Shown one piece after another: positions 33,902 through 51,673 of a stretch of DNA of 64,000 nucleotides. The position numbers and the translations under genes are program-made. The DNA comes from Selaginella moellendorffii (taxonomy: Eukaryota; Plantae; Lycopodiophyta), in contig NW_003314404.1 in the NCBI RefSeq assembly GCF_000143415.4, positions 186,001 through 250,000 on the forward strand, read 5' to 3'. Within the stretch, counting starts at the first letter, position 1. Each line of letters opens with the position of its first letter. The notes under the pieces were generated by a model, which was not told where the DNA came from, made no database searches, and worked only from the letters and a program-made list of their open reading frames with translations.

Positions 33902-36900
33902 ATGGAGGCAACCGATGTCAAGAGTAGAAGGCCATCGTCGTTCAGTGCCAATACTCCGGTTCATCCAAGATCATCCATGACTGGCCTGAGCTCCAGCAAC
34001 AGCACTCCTGTCCATCCCAGAGCGACTGGAGCAGCTAATGGACATGATTACGACAGCGACGGCAGCGACCTTCCTGCGTAAGCTACCTTACAACACTCTC
34101 CTTGCATTTAGTTCTTGTTCATCAAGTCGGTAGATGACTGGTTTTCGACTTGATATAACACTGATTAGTAGCAGCGAAGTTTTGGACGATGCTGGTGTCG
34201 ATGACGCTAGTGTGGAAGGAGATACGAGGTAAAACAGGAAGGCCCCGTTAGTTATACACACTAAGAACTAATGTTGCATAGAGTTGTGGGATTTAGTTCG
34301 TATTTCCTTATATTCTCGCTTTGAACCGTGCAGGACTCCCAGAACGATTTCAAGCACCTTAGTTCCTGATTTGGCCGGAGCCATTCCCATACTTGACAAG
34401 TTCCAGGTATTTGATGCTCACGATGAATCGTACCTCAATCCATCTTTTTTCCTTTATATATTTTAATTTTTTGTTCTTTTTCAGGTAGATGCATTTATCA
34501 AGCTGATGCGAAAGCAGCTACAATCGGGTGGCAAACGTGGATTTTTCACCAAAAAATCGGTGGTCCCTCAAGGCCGGGAAAGCTATTCCGTGGAAGACAT
34601 GCTTTGTTTTCAAAAGGTTCACAAATCATCTATGATTTTGTTCCATTAGCTGATTTAATGGGTTTCCAGGAACCAATACCGACATCTCTTCTCAGAATAA
34701 ACGCAGATCTTGTTAGCCGTGCTGTCAAGCTGTTTCAAGCTATTCTCAAGTACATGGGCATCGATGCCCAAACGCCGAGTCCGTTAAATTCTCAAGACCA
34801 ATTGGCGATTGTTTTGAAGATCTATAAGCATACCTTGAAACGCGTTGAACTGAGGGATGAGGTTTTTGCCCAGATTTCGAAGCAAACGCGCAACAATCCT
34901 GACAGGTTTGTGTCTTTTATACATGTTGCCACCTTACAAAGTCGATTCGTCCTGTAGACCTTTGCTACTAAAGGCTTGGGAGCTGTTATATTTGTGCGCC
35001 TCTGCAATGCCGCCTGGGAAAGACTTTGCAGCATACTTATCAGAGTACGTGCATGATGTGGCCAGCTCTCAAAACAGTGATGCAGAAATTCAGGCATTGG
35101 CTTTGAAGACTTGGAATGCATTAAAAAGAACAGCCAAAGCAGGGCCACGACGGACAATTCCTGCACAGGAAGAGGTTGAAGCTCTCCTAGGTGGACGGAA
35201 GCTGAAGACAATTGCGTTTTTCCTAGACGAAACGTTTGAAGGGATTACGTATGACATGTCCACAACCGTCATGGATGCTGTCGAGGTAATTTTTATGTAG
35301 AATGTTCCATTACTCAAAGCTCCTGTTGCAGGAATTGGCGGGAATTATCAAGCTATCTGCGTACAGCTCATTCAGTCTATTTGAATGCAGGCGTGTTCTA
35401 GTAGGAACGAAAGCTGTTGATAGTGGGAATGGTACGATCTCTCTAGGTTGGTCTTTGTTTACCTTTCTTATTGGCGATTGCAGATGAGCATCTTGGGCTT
35501 GATGAAAATAAATATATTGGAGATATTGTTGCGGAGTTCAAAGCAATCAAGGAACGCAACAAAGGAGAACTACTTCAATGCAAGCTTCTCTTTAAGAAAC
35601 GCTTGTTTCGGGAATCGGACGAGGCTATTACTGACCCAATGTTTGTACAGCTGTCGTATGTTCAGGTACGGGGGTTTTTTGTTTTTACTTTTTCTGTCTC
35701 AACTCTTCCTTTATCAGTCACAACATGATTATCTCCTTGGAAACTATCCTGTTGGTAGAGATGATGCAGCGCAGTTGGCTGCTCTAGAAGTGATTGCTGA
35801 TATTGGCCCTGCGAACGAAGCTGAACCTATAATGTGTGTAAGAACCTCAGAATAACGTCCGGGATTTAACATTTTTCTTTCAGGGACTGGTCAGCCCTAG
35901 TCGATCGCTATCTGCCAAAACAAGTTGCCATCACAAGGGCAAGACATGATTGGGATTCTGACATTTTTGCGCGGTACAAAGCGATGGTGAGTGTTTGCTT
36001 TCTAGGTTAAGATTCTTACTTTTTTGTTCTTATCTGAAGGGTCATTTATCGAAAGATGATGCAAGACAACAATTGCTACGTATTTTACGATCCTTGCCAT
36101 ATGGCCAATCCATATTTTTCAACGTCCGGAAGATAGAAGATCCGATTGGTCTTCTTCCCGGAAGAATTATCTTAGGGATAAACAAAAGAGGGGTACGTGC
36201 AAGTATATTCATGTTCGCGGTTTTGACATGTGTTTCTTAACAGGTTCATTTTTTCCGGCCAGTACCTAAAGAATATTTACATTCGGCTGAGCTTAGAGAC
36301 ATCATGCAATTTGGAAGTAGCAATACCGCAGTGTTTTTTAAAATGCGTGTGGCGGGAGTTTTGCACATTTTTCAGTTTGAAACTAAACAGGTGTTTTTGT
36401 GGCTTTCCGTGTAGTTCTTCTCTAAATTTCTGTCGCAGGGCGAAGAAATATGCGTGGCTCTCCAGACACACATAAACGATGTGATGCTGCGGAGATATTC
36501 AAGAACGCGTTCTGTTGCTAACGGCGCCATACAAAGCAACGGGGAATCTGCCGTGCCGAACTTTAAGCCTCCCGGAATCGAGGTTTATGAGAAACATGTG
36601 CAGGATATGTCAAGGCTTTTGGATGAATCCCAGAAGAAAGCAGACCAGGCAAGTCGATTTTTTGGTGGACTTGAGAACTAAATCATTGTATTAATATACG
36701 CAGCTTGCTGGAGAGTTAAGGGAGAAAGACAAGAGGCAAACATCATTGCTAGAAGAATTGGAGGGCTTCAAGGATAGACTCCGAGCTGAACAACAAACAG
36801 TTACTGATATAACACAAGAGAGAGAAAAGCTGCGGAAGGCTGTTGAGGAGAAGGAAACCGCACTACAGGTACGACTGATGTATTTTGACTATCTAACAAC

Positions 36901-39156
36901 ATAAATTTTCAGGCCGCTCTTGCGGAAAAATCTGCGGATGATGAGCATGGTCGCGAGGAGGCAGCTCCGACAAAGAAAGGCATTCTAAGAGGTTCTATTG
37001 GAAGAAGGGACAGGGACCTGCCATTTGCCGAGAAAGCATCTAGTGCACTGGAAGCACAGGTGAACTGCAAGGTTTCTTTTCTCTGCCTTCGCTTCATACA
37101 ATAATTTCAGGTCAAGGACTTGAGAAATGAACTGAAGTGGAAAAGCGAGGAGGCCAGGCTGGCGGAAGAGAGGAACAAAAAGCTGATGAATGAGAAGCAG
37201 CTACTTGAACAAAAAGTTTCCCGTGTCGAAAAACTGAAAGGCGAAGAAGTAGGTTCTTGGAGAATTTTGCACTTTGACGAGTATCTGATTGATGTCTTGC
37301 CAGACTAAGGTCCTCGAGAAAAAGTTCGAAGAAGAGCGGAGCATGCTCAGAGTGCGGATATCGGAGTTGGAGAAAAAGCTGAATGAAAGGACTCAGGAGA
37401 TAAGTGTTGCAGAAGCAGCGCTCAGCTTGCGGACTTCTGAGCTGGAAGCTATGCAATGTAGCATGAAAGAGCTCGAAGAGTTGAGGGAAATTAAAGAGGT
37501 ATGTTATTTTGCGACTATGCATTTTCTGACATTCTTCGTGTGTTTCCTAATCAGGATATCGATAGAAAGAATGCCCAGACAGCTGAACTATTAAGAAGAC
37601 AAGCTGATCAGCTCGCTGAACTAGAATCCCATTACAAGGAAGAACAGATATTGAGAAAGCGATACTTCAATATGATGGAAGGTACTTCTTCTTCTGTTCC
37701 TTTTCCTTCAGTGTTCCATACGAATGAACGTATTCCATTGCAGATATGAAAGGAAAAATTCGAGTATACTGTAGATCGCGCCCACTTGTTGAGAAAGAGC
37801 TGAACGAGAACCAGAAAGCAGTGATCATATCTGCAGATGAATTCACTGTCGAACACATATGGAAGGATGACAAGACAAAGCAGTTTCAGTTTGATCATGT
37901 TTTTGACGAGCATGCATCTCAAGATGCTATCTTCGAAGACACCAAGGTAATGATGTCTCTTTGACGTTATTTTGTTACTAACATGTTCTATCATCCAGTA
38001 TTTGGTGCAATCGGCAGTCGACGGATACAACGTGTGCATTTTCGCTTATGGTCAAACTGGGTCCGGCAAAACATTTACAATATATGGTCCGGAAAATAAT
38101 CCTGGGCTCACGCCGAGAGCCACGCGGGAATTATTCAGCATCATAAAGCGGGACAGAAACAAGTTCACAGTATCTCTGAAGGTGTGTAAATCATATGCAT
38201 TTGTCTTGTTTCTCTAATGATGGTTCCCTTAACAGGTCTACATGCTTGAGCTCTACCAGGACAATCTTTTCGATCTTCTTTTGCTTCGGAATGCCAAGCG
38301 GCAAAAGCTTGAAATCAAGAAGGATTCTAAGGTAATTTTTGTCGGCAGTTTTCTGAAGTCCAAGCTTTCTTTATTTGTTTACAGGGTATGGTCGTTGTCG
38401 AGAACGTTACGCTAATACCCGTGTCGACAAGAGAAGAGCTTGACAACCTTATTCAAAAGGGGCTGGAGAAACGACATACTTCTGGAACCCAGATGAATGC
38501 CGAGAGCTCCAGATCGCACTTGGTCCTGTCAATAATAATTGAAAGCACGAACATGCAAACGCAGAACGTGGTCAAAGGAAAGGTACGGAGTTCTCCTTAC
38601 GGCAGTAGTTTTATAAGTGGGCTTACGGCGTGGTTTTTGCAGCTGAGCTTCGTGGATTTGGCTGGATCGGAGAGAATAAAAAAGTCTGGATCAACCGGAG
38701 AGCAATTGAAGGAGGCCCAGAGCATAAACAAGTCCCTCTCGGCGCTAGGCGACGTGATCAGCGCACTGGCCACGGAAGAGCAGCACATACCGTACCGGAA
38801 CCACAAGCTGACGATGCTCATGAGCGACTCGCTGGGTGGCAATGCCAAGACGCTCATGTTTGTCAACGTGTCCCCGGCGGAGTCCAATCTGGAGGAGACT
38901 CACAACTCGCTATGGTAAGCAAGCGCGATCCAGTGTGTGGATTGATGGATTTGTTCTTTGCTCTTTCCGCAGCTACGCAACGCGCGTGCGGTCAATTATC
39001 AATGACCCGACCAAGAACACGAACACGAAGGAGATCGTGAGGCTCAAGAAGATGCTGGGATACTGGAAGGAGCAGGCGGGCAAAAAGGCGGACGAGGACG
39101 AGCTGGAAGAGATCAAAGACGAGCGGACTGGCAAGGACAAGATGGAGTCCTCGTAG
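33902..39156 (+). CDS. KCBP: kinesin-like calmodulin-binding protein (MyTH4-FERM-coiled coil-kinesin-14 motor-CaM-binding), >20 exons
   Basis: EPIPTSLL...[19 protein letters not shown] (MyTH4); FERM ([20 protein letters not shown]); [33 protein letters not shown] motor motifs; [18 protein letters not shown] CaM-binding helix. Confidence 0.95.
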
Positions 39157-42037
39157 AGCAGGCAAAGTTTCGGAAGAACACACGGAAAAAGAGAAGAAAA
39201 AAAACGAGAAAAGGAGAGGAAAAGCTACTAATTCGGTGGTGATTTTTTTTTGGTCAGTGTAGTGGGCTTTTCGATCATGTAAGTATACAAGTTTTAACAA
39301 GAAGACTTTGAGAAGCTTTGTATTGTATCATCTACCATATTGTTTGCAATCAAATATTTGCTATATCTTCGTCCCTGATGACTCTTTTTTCCAGCTCAAC
39401 TTGCCTATAAAACAAGTATTTGAATGATCATATAAACAAGATATCATGGGACTATCTAGTGATTGATTCTTGTTCTTGACGTAAGTAGACCATAGGAAAT
39501 GGAGCTTTAGAACTTTTGTGCCGACAGAGGGCGATCGAAGATTGCCCAAGTGATGGCGGTGGTGTTGTCTGAAACAGATGAAACATCAAAGCAAAGAAAG
39601 GGACCATTTAGAAAACAAAGAGAAGAGAGAAAAAGAAACAAGAAAAAAAAAAAAGGGGAGAACAATAGAATACGTACGTAGAAACTTGGAAGGAGGAGAT
39701 TTCCTGCCTTTCCAGATTCAAAGTGATTGATAGGATACGATGCGCGTCCTGTTGTTGTAGCCAAGGAGAAGAAAAAAAGCTTGCAATCTTTAGCAGTGAA
39801 TGACAAGAACATCAAAATCATGCATGTTACTCTCTCTGATGCAAAGCCTGTCCATGGTTCTCTCACCCACATGAATGTGACAGCATGGAAGCACTACTTG
39901 GTACCAGAAGCAAAAAATATGACAAGAAAGAAGCCAGCCCCTTGCAATAAGATTGAGCGAGCGAACGAATGAATGCAAGGAAACAAAAGGTATAAAATCC
40001 CATACCTGGCACAAGGAGAGGCGCCCCACATCCCTTCTTACTTCTCTCGCGCTCTCCCTTCCCAAGGCTTTTCCTCTCAGTCGGCAGTCCTGCATGGCCC
40101 CTGTGCCTTACTTTCCTTCCATTTTTCTCTTCTCTTTCTTATCTCCGCCTCTGTGTCTCCAAAAACTATTCACCGTAGCATATTTCCCTTTATTCCGGCT
40201 TCGATTTTGTTTGCTTCCCTCCCGACCCTTGCTTTCCTTTGTTTTTCTTTCTCCCTCTCTCGTCCTGCGGTTCAGCCGAGAAGAAGGGGCCCCTCTCGCT
40301 TTGCAGAGAGGAGGAGGAGGCCCAACAACACTGCTGCCCTGTGCCACTGCTACTGGCCCTGTTTCTTTCGTCCTGTTTAATAATATTGTCGTCCCCAGCC
40401 GTCGTGTCGATGCGCAAGCCTCTTTTTTCTCTGGATACGATACGCTCCCACCTCCAATTTCCTGTTCTCTTTCATTTTACCTTTAAAAGTGGGTGGTTTT
40501 CGAAGGGTCAAGCTGTTCCCAGCTTTGCTTCTTCCTCTTAGTCATTTAATAACTGCGAGCCTTTGTCAAATGGATCCAAAGTGGTCTTCTCCCCGTCTTG
40601 TTCTTCACCATGCTCTCTACACGCTAAGAGGTGACCATTATAAATAATGGCACGAGGGAAAAAACTAAAGCGGTGAACTTATCTCAGAATCAGCAACAAG
40701 CGATCTCCCGGTCCCTCCTCGGCTACAAATTGACAAGACAAGCCAAAGCCGCATACCCGGTGATCGAGACGGAAATTCCATTCCAGACAAGGAGCTACTA
40801 CTATCTGGGGAGCCAACAGGAAACAAAACGCACGGAGTTAATAATAAGCCAAAGAATGTGAGAAGCAGAAGCTTTGGTAGAGCAAATATATGATACATAC
40901 CTCTTCTCGCAGTCAGCGCCTCAAGACAAACGGCATCCGTTGGGTGAGTGAACGACTGAATCCTCAGTACCCCCACTTAGCATTTGGCAGCTGCTGCTTT
41001 GCAAATTGCATTCCTTGCACCATCCTCCTATAAAGACGCCCACCAGAAAGTGAGAGAGAAGCTTTCACGTCGTGGACCCTGTATCAGCCTCACACCCTCC
41101 AAGGAGAATGAGCGAGCAGCTTCGTATCCCAGGCTTTTGCTCGACACAACTCGGATCAAGCGTCTTTGCAGCTCAGCTTTTCTCCTTTCTTCCCTGCTGA
41201 TACTCGACGGGAAAGGCCCACTCGCAGGAGCACCAGGGTCCTTGAAAGCTGAGAGATAAGAAAAAACTTCTGTAGAGCTAGAGCTGTCACTAGAGCCAAT
41301 ATTCCTACCCTGTCTCGTCACTGCAGTGCTCCTTACTATTGACCACCACGGCCCGGCCATGAATTCCCACGCATCAAAGCTGCTGTTGTCACACAATCCA
41401 ACGGCGCCGCTTATGAGCTGTCCAGTTTACCGGCTTGGAAAAAAATCAGTCCACCCGACCCGATTCCGATCTTTCCCGGGATTCCCCGCTATGCAAAAGC
41501 TTTCTAGCTCCTCGTAGCTTGTTTCATATTCCTGCGCCCACTCGCGCTTCGCCAATCTACCTCTTAACCACCTTTTACGAGCTGCTTTCTTTCCAATCTC
41601 TTCCTTTCGTCCTCCTCTGCTGCTTATGCTATTGCTGCTTTCGCTCATCTCGCTTGCTTCCACTCCACCTTCGGCCCCGGACAGGAGAGGAGAGCCTTCA
41701 TCCCTTTCCTGGCTCCAACAATGCGCTCCATCATCGCCTTTCGGATTCTCTCTCCCACGCAATTCCTCATGTAGCGCTCTACATGGCCTGGTGCGCTTAA
41801 TGAAACAGTTTCGTAGTCTGTCTTGTCACTGTCTCTCCTTCCTGCGGCCGAGCTCGTGAAACTCTGCTCAATTTGCGGTTCGCTTTTGGAAGACAGCCAG
41901 GAAGTGGAACCGAGTCGCCTGCCCCCCTGCTTATTATATCAACCATGCTGATCCTCGCAGGCAATCACGGAGTGGTAGCAGCGGAAGAAGCAGCAGCAGC
42001 TGAGTCGCCGTCATCCATCCTTTGCTAGCTTTCTACC

Positions 42038-45000
42038 ATGAAGAAGCCGTCGTTGTCGTCGTCGTCGTCGTCGGGCATGCTGGTTAGAAAGCTCTGCTTC
42101 ATAGTGGTCACTGTAGCCGCCTTGATCCGTTGCTGCGCTGCCGATCCCCCGGAACAAGAGGCTCTCCGCGAGTTTTTGCTTGCTGCCAAAGGCTCCGAAC
42201 TGCTCAAGTCATGGAGCACGTCAAGCTCGAGCCCCTGTTCTTGGCTAGGTGTCTCGTGCTCCTCCAACGGACATGTGGTGGAGTTGTCGCTGGGAGGCCT
42301 CCCGTTGTATGGCAGAATTCCAACAGTGTTTGGTTTCCTGTCCGAGCTGAAAGTGTTGAATCTCTCGTCCACCAACCTCACCGGGAGCATCCCCGAAGAA
42401 CTTGGGAGCTGTAGCAAGCTCCAGCTGCTCGATCTCAGCGTCAACAGCCTCACCGGAAGAGTCCCGAGCAGCATCGGTCGCTTGAAAGAGTTGCGCTCGC
42501 TCAATCTCCAAGACAATCAGTTGCAAGGCTCCATCCCGAAGGAAATTGGCAACTGTACTTCCTTGGAGGAGCTCCAGCTTTTCGACAACCAGCTCAACGG
42601 TAGTATCCCTCCGGAGATCGGCCAGCTCGGGAAGTTGCAAGCGTTTCGAGCAGGCGGCAACATGGCATTGTCGGGACCGCTTCCCCCGGAGCTCTCCAAT
42701 TGCAGGAACTTGACTGTCCTTGGGCTGGCGGTGACGGCACTGTCCGGAAGCATACCAGGCTCGTACGGGGAGCTCAAGAACCTCGAAAGTTTGATCCTTT
42801 ACGGCGCTGGCATCTCGGGTCGAATTCCTCCGGAACTCGGTGGCTGCACCAAGCTCCAGTCCATCTATCTCTACGAGAACAGGCTGACGGGTCCAATACC
42901 ACCGGAACTGGGACGTCTCAAGCAGCTCAGGAGCCTCCTCGTGTGGCAAAACGCGATAACAGGTAGCGTCCCTCGCGAGCTCAGCCAGTGCCCGCTGCTC
43001 GAAGTCATCGACTTCTCGAGCAACGACCTCTCCGGTGACATCCCACCCGAGATAGGAATGCTGAGGAACCTCCAGCAGTTTTACTTGAGCCAGAACAACA
43101 TCACCGGCATCATCCCCCCGGAGCTCGGCAACTGTTCCAGCTTGACGTTTCTGGAGCTTGACACCAACATGCTCACAGGCCCCATACCCCCGGAGCTCGG
43201 CCAGCTTTCCAACCTCAAGCTCCTCCACCTGTGGCAGAACAAGCTGACCGGCAACATCCCCGCATCACTCGGACGTTGTAGCCTGCTCGAGATGCTCGAC
43301 CTGTCCATGAACCAGCTCACCGGAACTATTCCTGCCGAGATCTTCAACTTGTCAAAGCTCCAGAGGATGCTCCTCCTTTTCAACAATCTTTCAGGTACGC
43401 TCCCTAACAACGCCGGGAACTGCATCAGCTTGCTGCGGCTGCGCTTGAACAACAACATGCTGTCGGGAAGCCTGCCTATCAGTCTGGGCCAGCTCCGAAA
43501 TCTCAACTTCCTCGATTTGCACGACAACATGTTTTCGGGACCACTTCCCACGGGAATCTCAAACCTCAGCTCGCTGCAAATGCTCGACGTGCATGATAAC
43601 CAGCTGTCTGGACCGTTCCCTGCCGAGTTTGGCTCGCTTTCGAATCTGGAAATCCTGGATGCCTCGTTCAACAACCTGAGTGGTCCTATTCCTGCGGAGA
43701 TTGGCAAAATGAACCTCTTAAGTCAGCTCAATCTAAGCATGAACCAGCTTTCAGGGAACATACCTCCGGAGATGGGACGTTGCAAAGAGCTCTTGCTCCT
43801 CGACCTCAGCAGTAACCAGTTGTCCGGGAACCTTCCACCAGACCTGGGAATGATAACCAGCCTGACCATCACCCTCGACCTCCACAAGAACAGATTCATA
43901 GGGCTCATTCCATCAGCTTTCGCACGTCTCTCTCAGCTGGAGCGTCTGGACATCTCTTCGAACGAGCTGACAGGAAACCTCGACGTCCTCGGCAAGCTCA
44001 ACAGCCTCAACTTCGTCAACGTCTCGTTCAACCACTTCTCGGGATCCTTGCCGAGTACTCAAGTCTTCCAGACAATGGGCCTCAACTCCTACATGGGAAA
44101 CCCCGGCCTCTGCTCGTTCTCGTCGTCGGGTAATTCCTGCACGCTGACTTATGCCATGGGATCCTCCAAGAAGTCGTCCATCAAGCCAATCATCGGTCTG
44201 CTGTTCGGAGGAGCTGCTTTCATCCTCTTCATGGGGCTTATCCTCCTGTACAAGAAGTGCCACCCTTACGACGATCAGAACTTCCGAGACCACCAGCACG
44301 ACATCCCCTGGCCATGGAAGATCACCTTCTTCCAGCGTCTCAACTTCACTATGGACGACGTGCTCAAGAACCTGGTTGACACGAACATAATCGGCCAGGG
44401 ACGGTCCGGAGTCGTGTACAAAGCAGCGATGCCAAGCGGTGAAGTGGTCGCCGTGAAAAAACTCCGCAGGTACGACAGAAGCGAGCACAACCAGAGCGAG
44501 TTCACGGCGGAGATCAACACCCTGGGAAAAATCCGCCACCGGAACATCGTCAGGCTCTTGGGCTACTGCACCAACAAGACGATCGAGCTGCTCATGTATG
44601 ACTACATGCCGAACGGTAGCCTCGCGGACTTCCTGCAAGAAAAGAAGACGGCAAACAACTGGGAGATCAGATACAAGATCGCTCTAGGAGCAGCGCAAGG
44701 ACTTTCATACCTCCACCACGACTGCGTGCCAGCGATCCTCCACCGGGATATCAAGCCGAACAACATCTTGCTGGATTCCAGATACGAGCCTTACGTCGCC
44801 GACTTTGGTCTCGCAAAACTCATCGGCTCTTCCACCTCTGCGGCCGATCCCATGTCCAAAGTTGCCGGATCATATGGCTACATTGCTCCAGGTACCACTT
44901 TGTTCTTCCTCCGTCTTTTCGGTCGAGAAAGTTGGCTGATCGATCGTCTTCGTACGTACTTGCAGAGTATAGTTACACGCTCAAGATCTCTGAGAAGAGC

Positions 45001-45438
45001 GACGTTTACAGCTATGGAGTGGTGCTGCTGGAGCTACTGACCGGCAGAGAAGCTGTCGTTCAGGACATCCACATCGTGAAATGGGTCCAGGGAGCTCTCC
45101 GTGGCAGCAATCCCAGCGTGGAAGTCCTGGACCCGAGGCTGCGAGGAATGCCGGACCTCTTCATCGACGAGATGCTCCAGATCCTCGGCGTGGCGCTGAT
45201 GTGCGTGAGCCAGCTCCCGGCCGATCGACCGTCGATGAAGGACGTGGTGGCATTCCTCCAAGAGGTGAAGCACATCCCGGAGGAGGCATCGAGCATCAAG
45301 GTCCCAGCCGCCGCCCCTGCCGCCGCCGCCGGCGACCAGCTCTCGGATCAAATGCCCCTATTTTGCAAGAATCACACCGCCAGCACCTACGAATTCGTGT
45401 TCGATGACAACAGCAGCTCGCAATCCGGGGGATGCTGA
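42038..45438 (+). CDS. LRR receptor-like kinase, subfamily XI, RGI/RGF-receptor type; intron 44892-44965
   Basis: Signal peptide, LRRNT (PCSWLGVSC), ~23 LRRs with RAGGN and RLRL motifs, TM, PWKITFFQRLNF, kinase HRDIKPNN/DFG/GSYGYIAPEY. Confidence 0.93.
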
Positions 45439-45670
45439 TGGCCGATCGCGAAGGAGCGCTGCGCCGCGCGAGATGATGATCCATCGTGAAGCCAAGAAAA
45501 TTTTGCTCGAATGGAAGAACCCTAAAGTGTACGGTCGCTTTGTAAAATTAAATTCTTTTACGCCCTTTGTCACTTGGTAGGGTGTCATTCCAGGGTTAGG
45601 GAGCTAGGTTTCTTCGAGCGCGCAAGGGCGGTGCGAGTGGATCTTTTTCATCGCTCCTCCTCCTGGATAG

Positions 45671-46540
<870 letters not shown>

Positions 46541-46772
46541 TGATCGTCGCTGGCGGGAAGAACGAAACGAAGGACTGGATTCTTTTTTTTTTTTTTGAGG
46601 TTTTACTGGAAGCGTAGAGTCGATGTAAACAATCTTTAAGTAGTGTGTGGTTCTTTTGCCTTTTAAATGATTTTATAGGCCTTTTAAAATTTTACCTTTA
46701 GCATTTCCAGGGTTTAGGGTTCTTGGAACTTTTAGCCTTTAGGGTTCTTGGGAGTGTTTCGGGTTCTTGAGA

Positions 46773-47537
46773 ATGATCCGCTCGTCCGGATTTGCGGCAG
46801 CGGCGGCGGGCGATCGGCGGCTGGGCGCGTGTAGATTCTACTACCGGGGCGCATGGCGGACGCGCAACACGATGCTGGAGCGGTTCTACCGCCATTCCTG
46901 CAGCAAGGATGCGCAGAGCGCGCTGGTTCTTCTCACGTCCTTGCGGGGCGATGCCGAGAGGCTGGATGCGACGAGCAGGGAGAGGCTGCCTCGGCTGCTC
47001 AAGGAGGATCTCCTGTCAATGCTGCACACTCTGCTGGAGAAGGGGCAGATGGAAGTCGCGAGCAAGGTGAATCGAGGATGATCACCGATCCAGTGCTGAT
47101 TCCGGAGAGAGATTTTGCCCTCCCAGGTGTTCTATCACATCCAGCGCGAGGACTGGTACCGCCCGGAGCGCAAATTCTACGACGTCCTGGTGCGCTCGTT
47201 CGCGCGGGGCTCCAATTTCTCGGCGCTGGAGAGGATCCTGGACGAGATGGAGCTCCGGGGATGCAAGCTCAAGCGGCTCATGTCTATCGAGCTCATGGAG
47301 GCGTGCGTCGCCGCCGGGCAGCAGCCGCTGGCGTTTAGGATCTTTGCGGCGCTCAAGTCGGATCCCAGCGTCCCCCGCGCCAAGGTCTACTGGAAGCTCA
47401 TCGACAGCCTCAACCGCGCGGGGGAATTCGAGGCCTCGCTCAAGCTGGAGGAGGAGCTCCACGATTCGGCCGGGAAGAAGAAGCGCCGGGATCACTCGGC
47501 CAAGGAGGTCCACGCCTTGGAACCCTGGGCGAGCTAG
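46773..47537 (+). CDS. THA8-like short PPR protein (organellar intron splicing factor family); intron ~47067-47127
   Basis: Transit-like N-terminus; SKDAQSAL...RLLKEDLLSML...VFYHIQREDWYRPE...YDVLV pattern recalled for THA8/THA8L. Confidence 0.7.
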
Positions 47538-47853
47538 ATTTAAATTCTCGAATCTTCTAGGCATCTTTTCGATCAGTGGTTCGAATCTTGGAGCTAGCGA
47601 TCCTCGTCCACGGGCAATGTGGTCTTCTCCTGACCACCACGCCCTAGCTACAAATTAATCGTTCTTATTTTGCCACGACAAGGGTTTTTGCGCGGCACTG
47701 TTCTTCCCTAGCGCATCGATCGCGCAGCGTAATCGTCATCATCGATCGTGGAATCTCTCAAATCCGTGAGTGCCGCGCTCTTTCCTCTTGTTGATTGAAG
47801 TTTCATCTTTTTTTCTTCTTCCGCTCAAGGTTTCGAGGATCGCATTGTCGAGA

Positions 47854-49648
<1,795 letters not shown>

Positions 49649-49860
49649 TTCACATTTGCAATTGTGGCTATAACAAACAATTAATATTCTTTCTCTTTGA
49701 GCTCCTTTTCTGTTGATGTTATTCTTATTCGGCTGTGAACACGATCAACAGTGACAAGACAGCTTTACGCTGTTGAAGTGGCCTGCGTCCTTTATCTTTT
49801 TAAACTTGGTAGTGTTTCTTTTGGCTGTGGGCAACACAGATATCGCCGTATCGGAGTTCT

Positions 49861-51586
<1,726 letters not shown>

Positions 51587-51673
51587 ATAGAGCATATACT
51601 TTCTAACGGACTAGAGCATAATGGAAATTAGGGTTCTTGCGCGAGAGGTTTTTAGGGTATATGCGTCTCCGCG

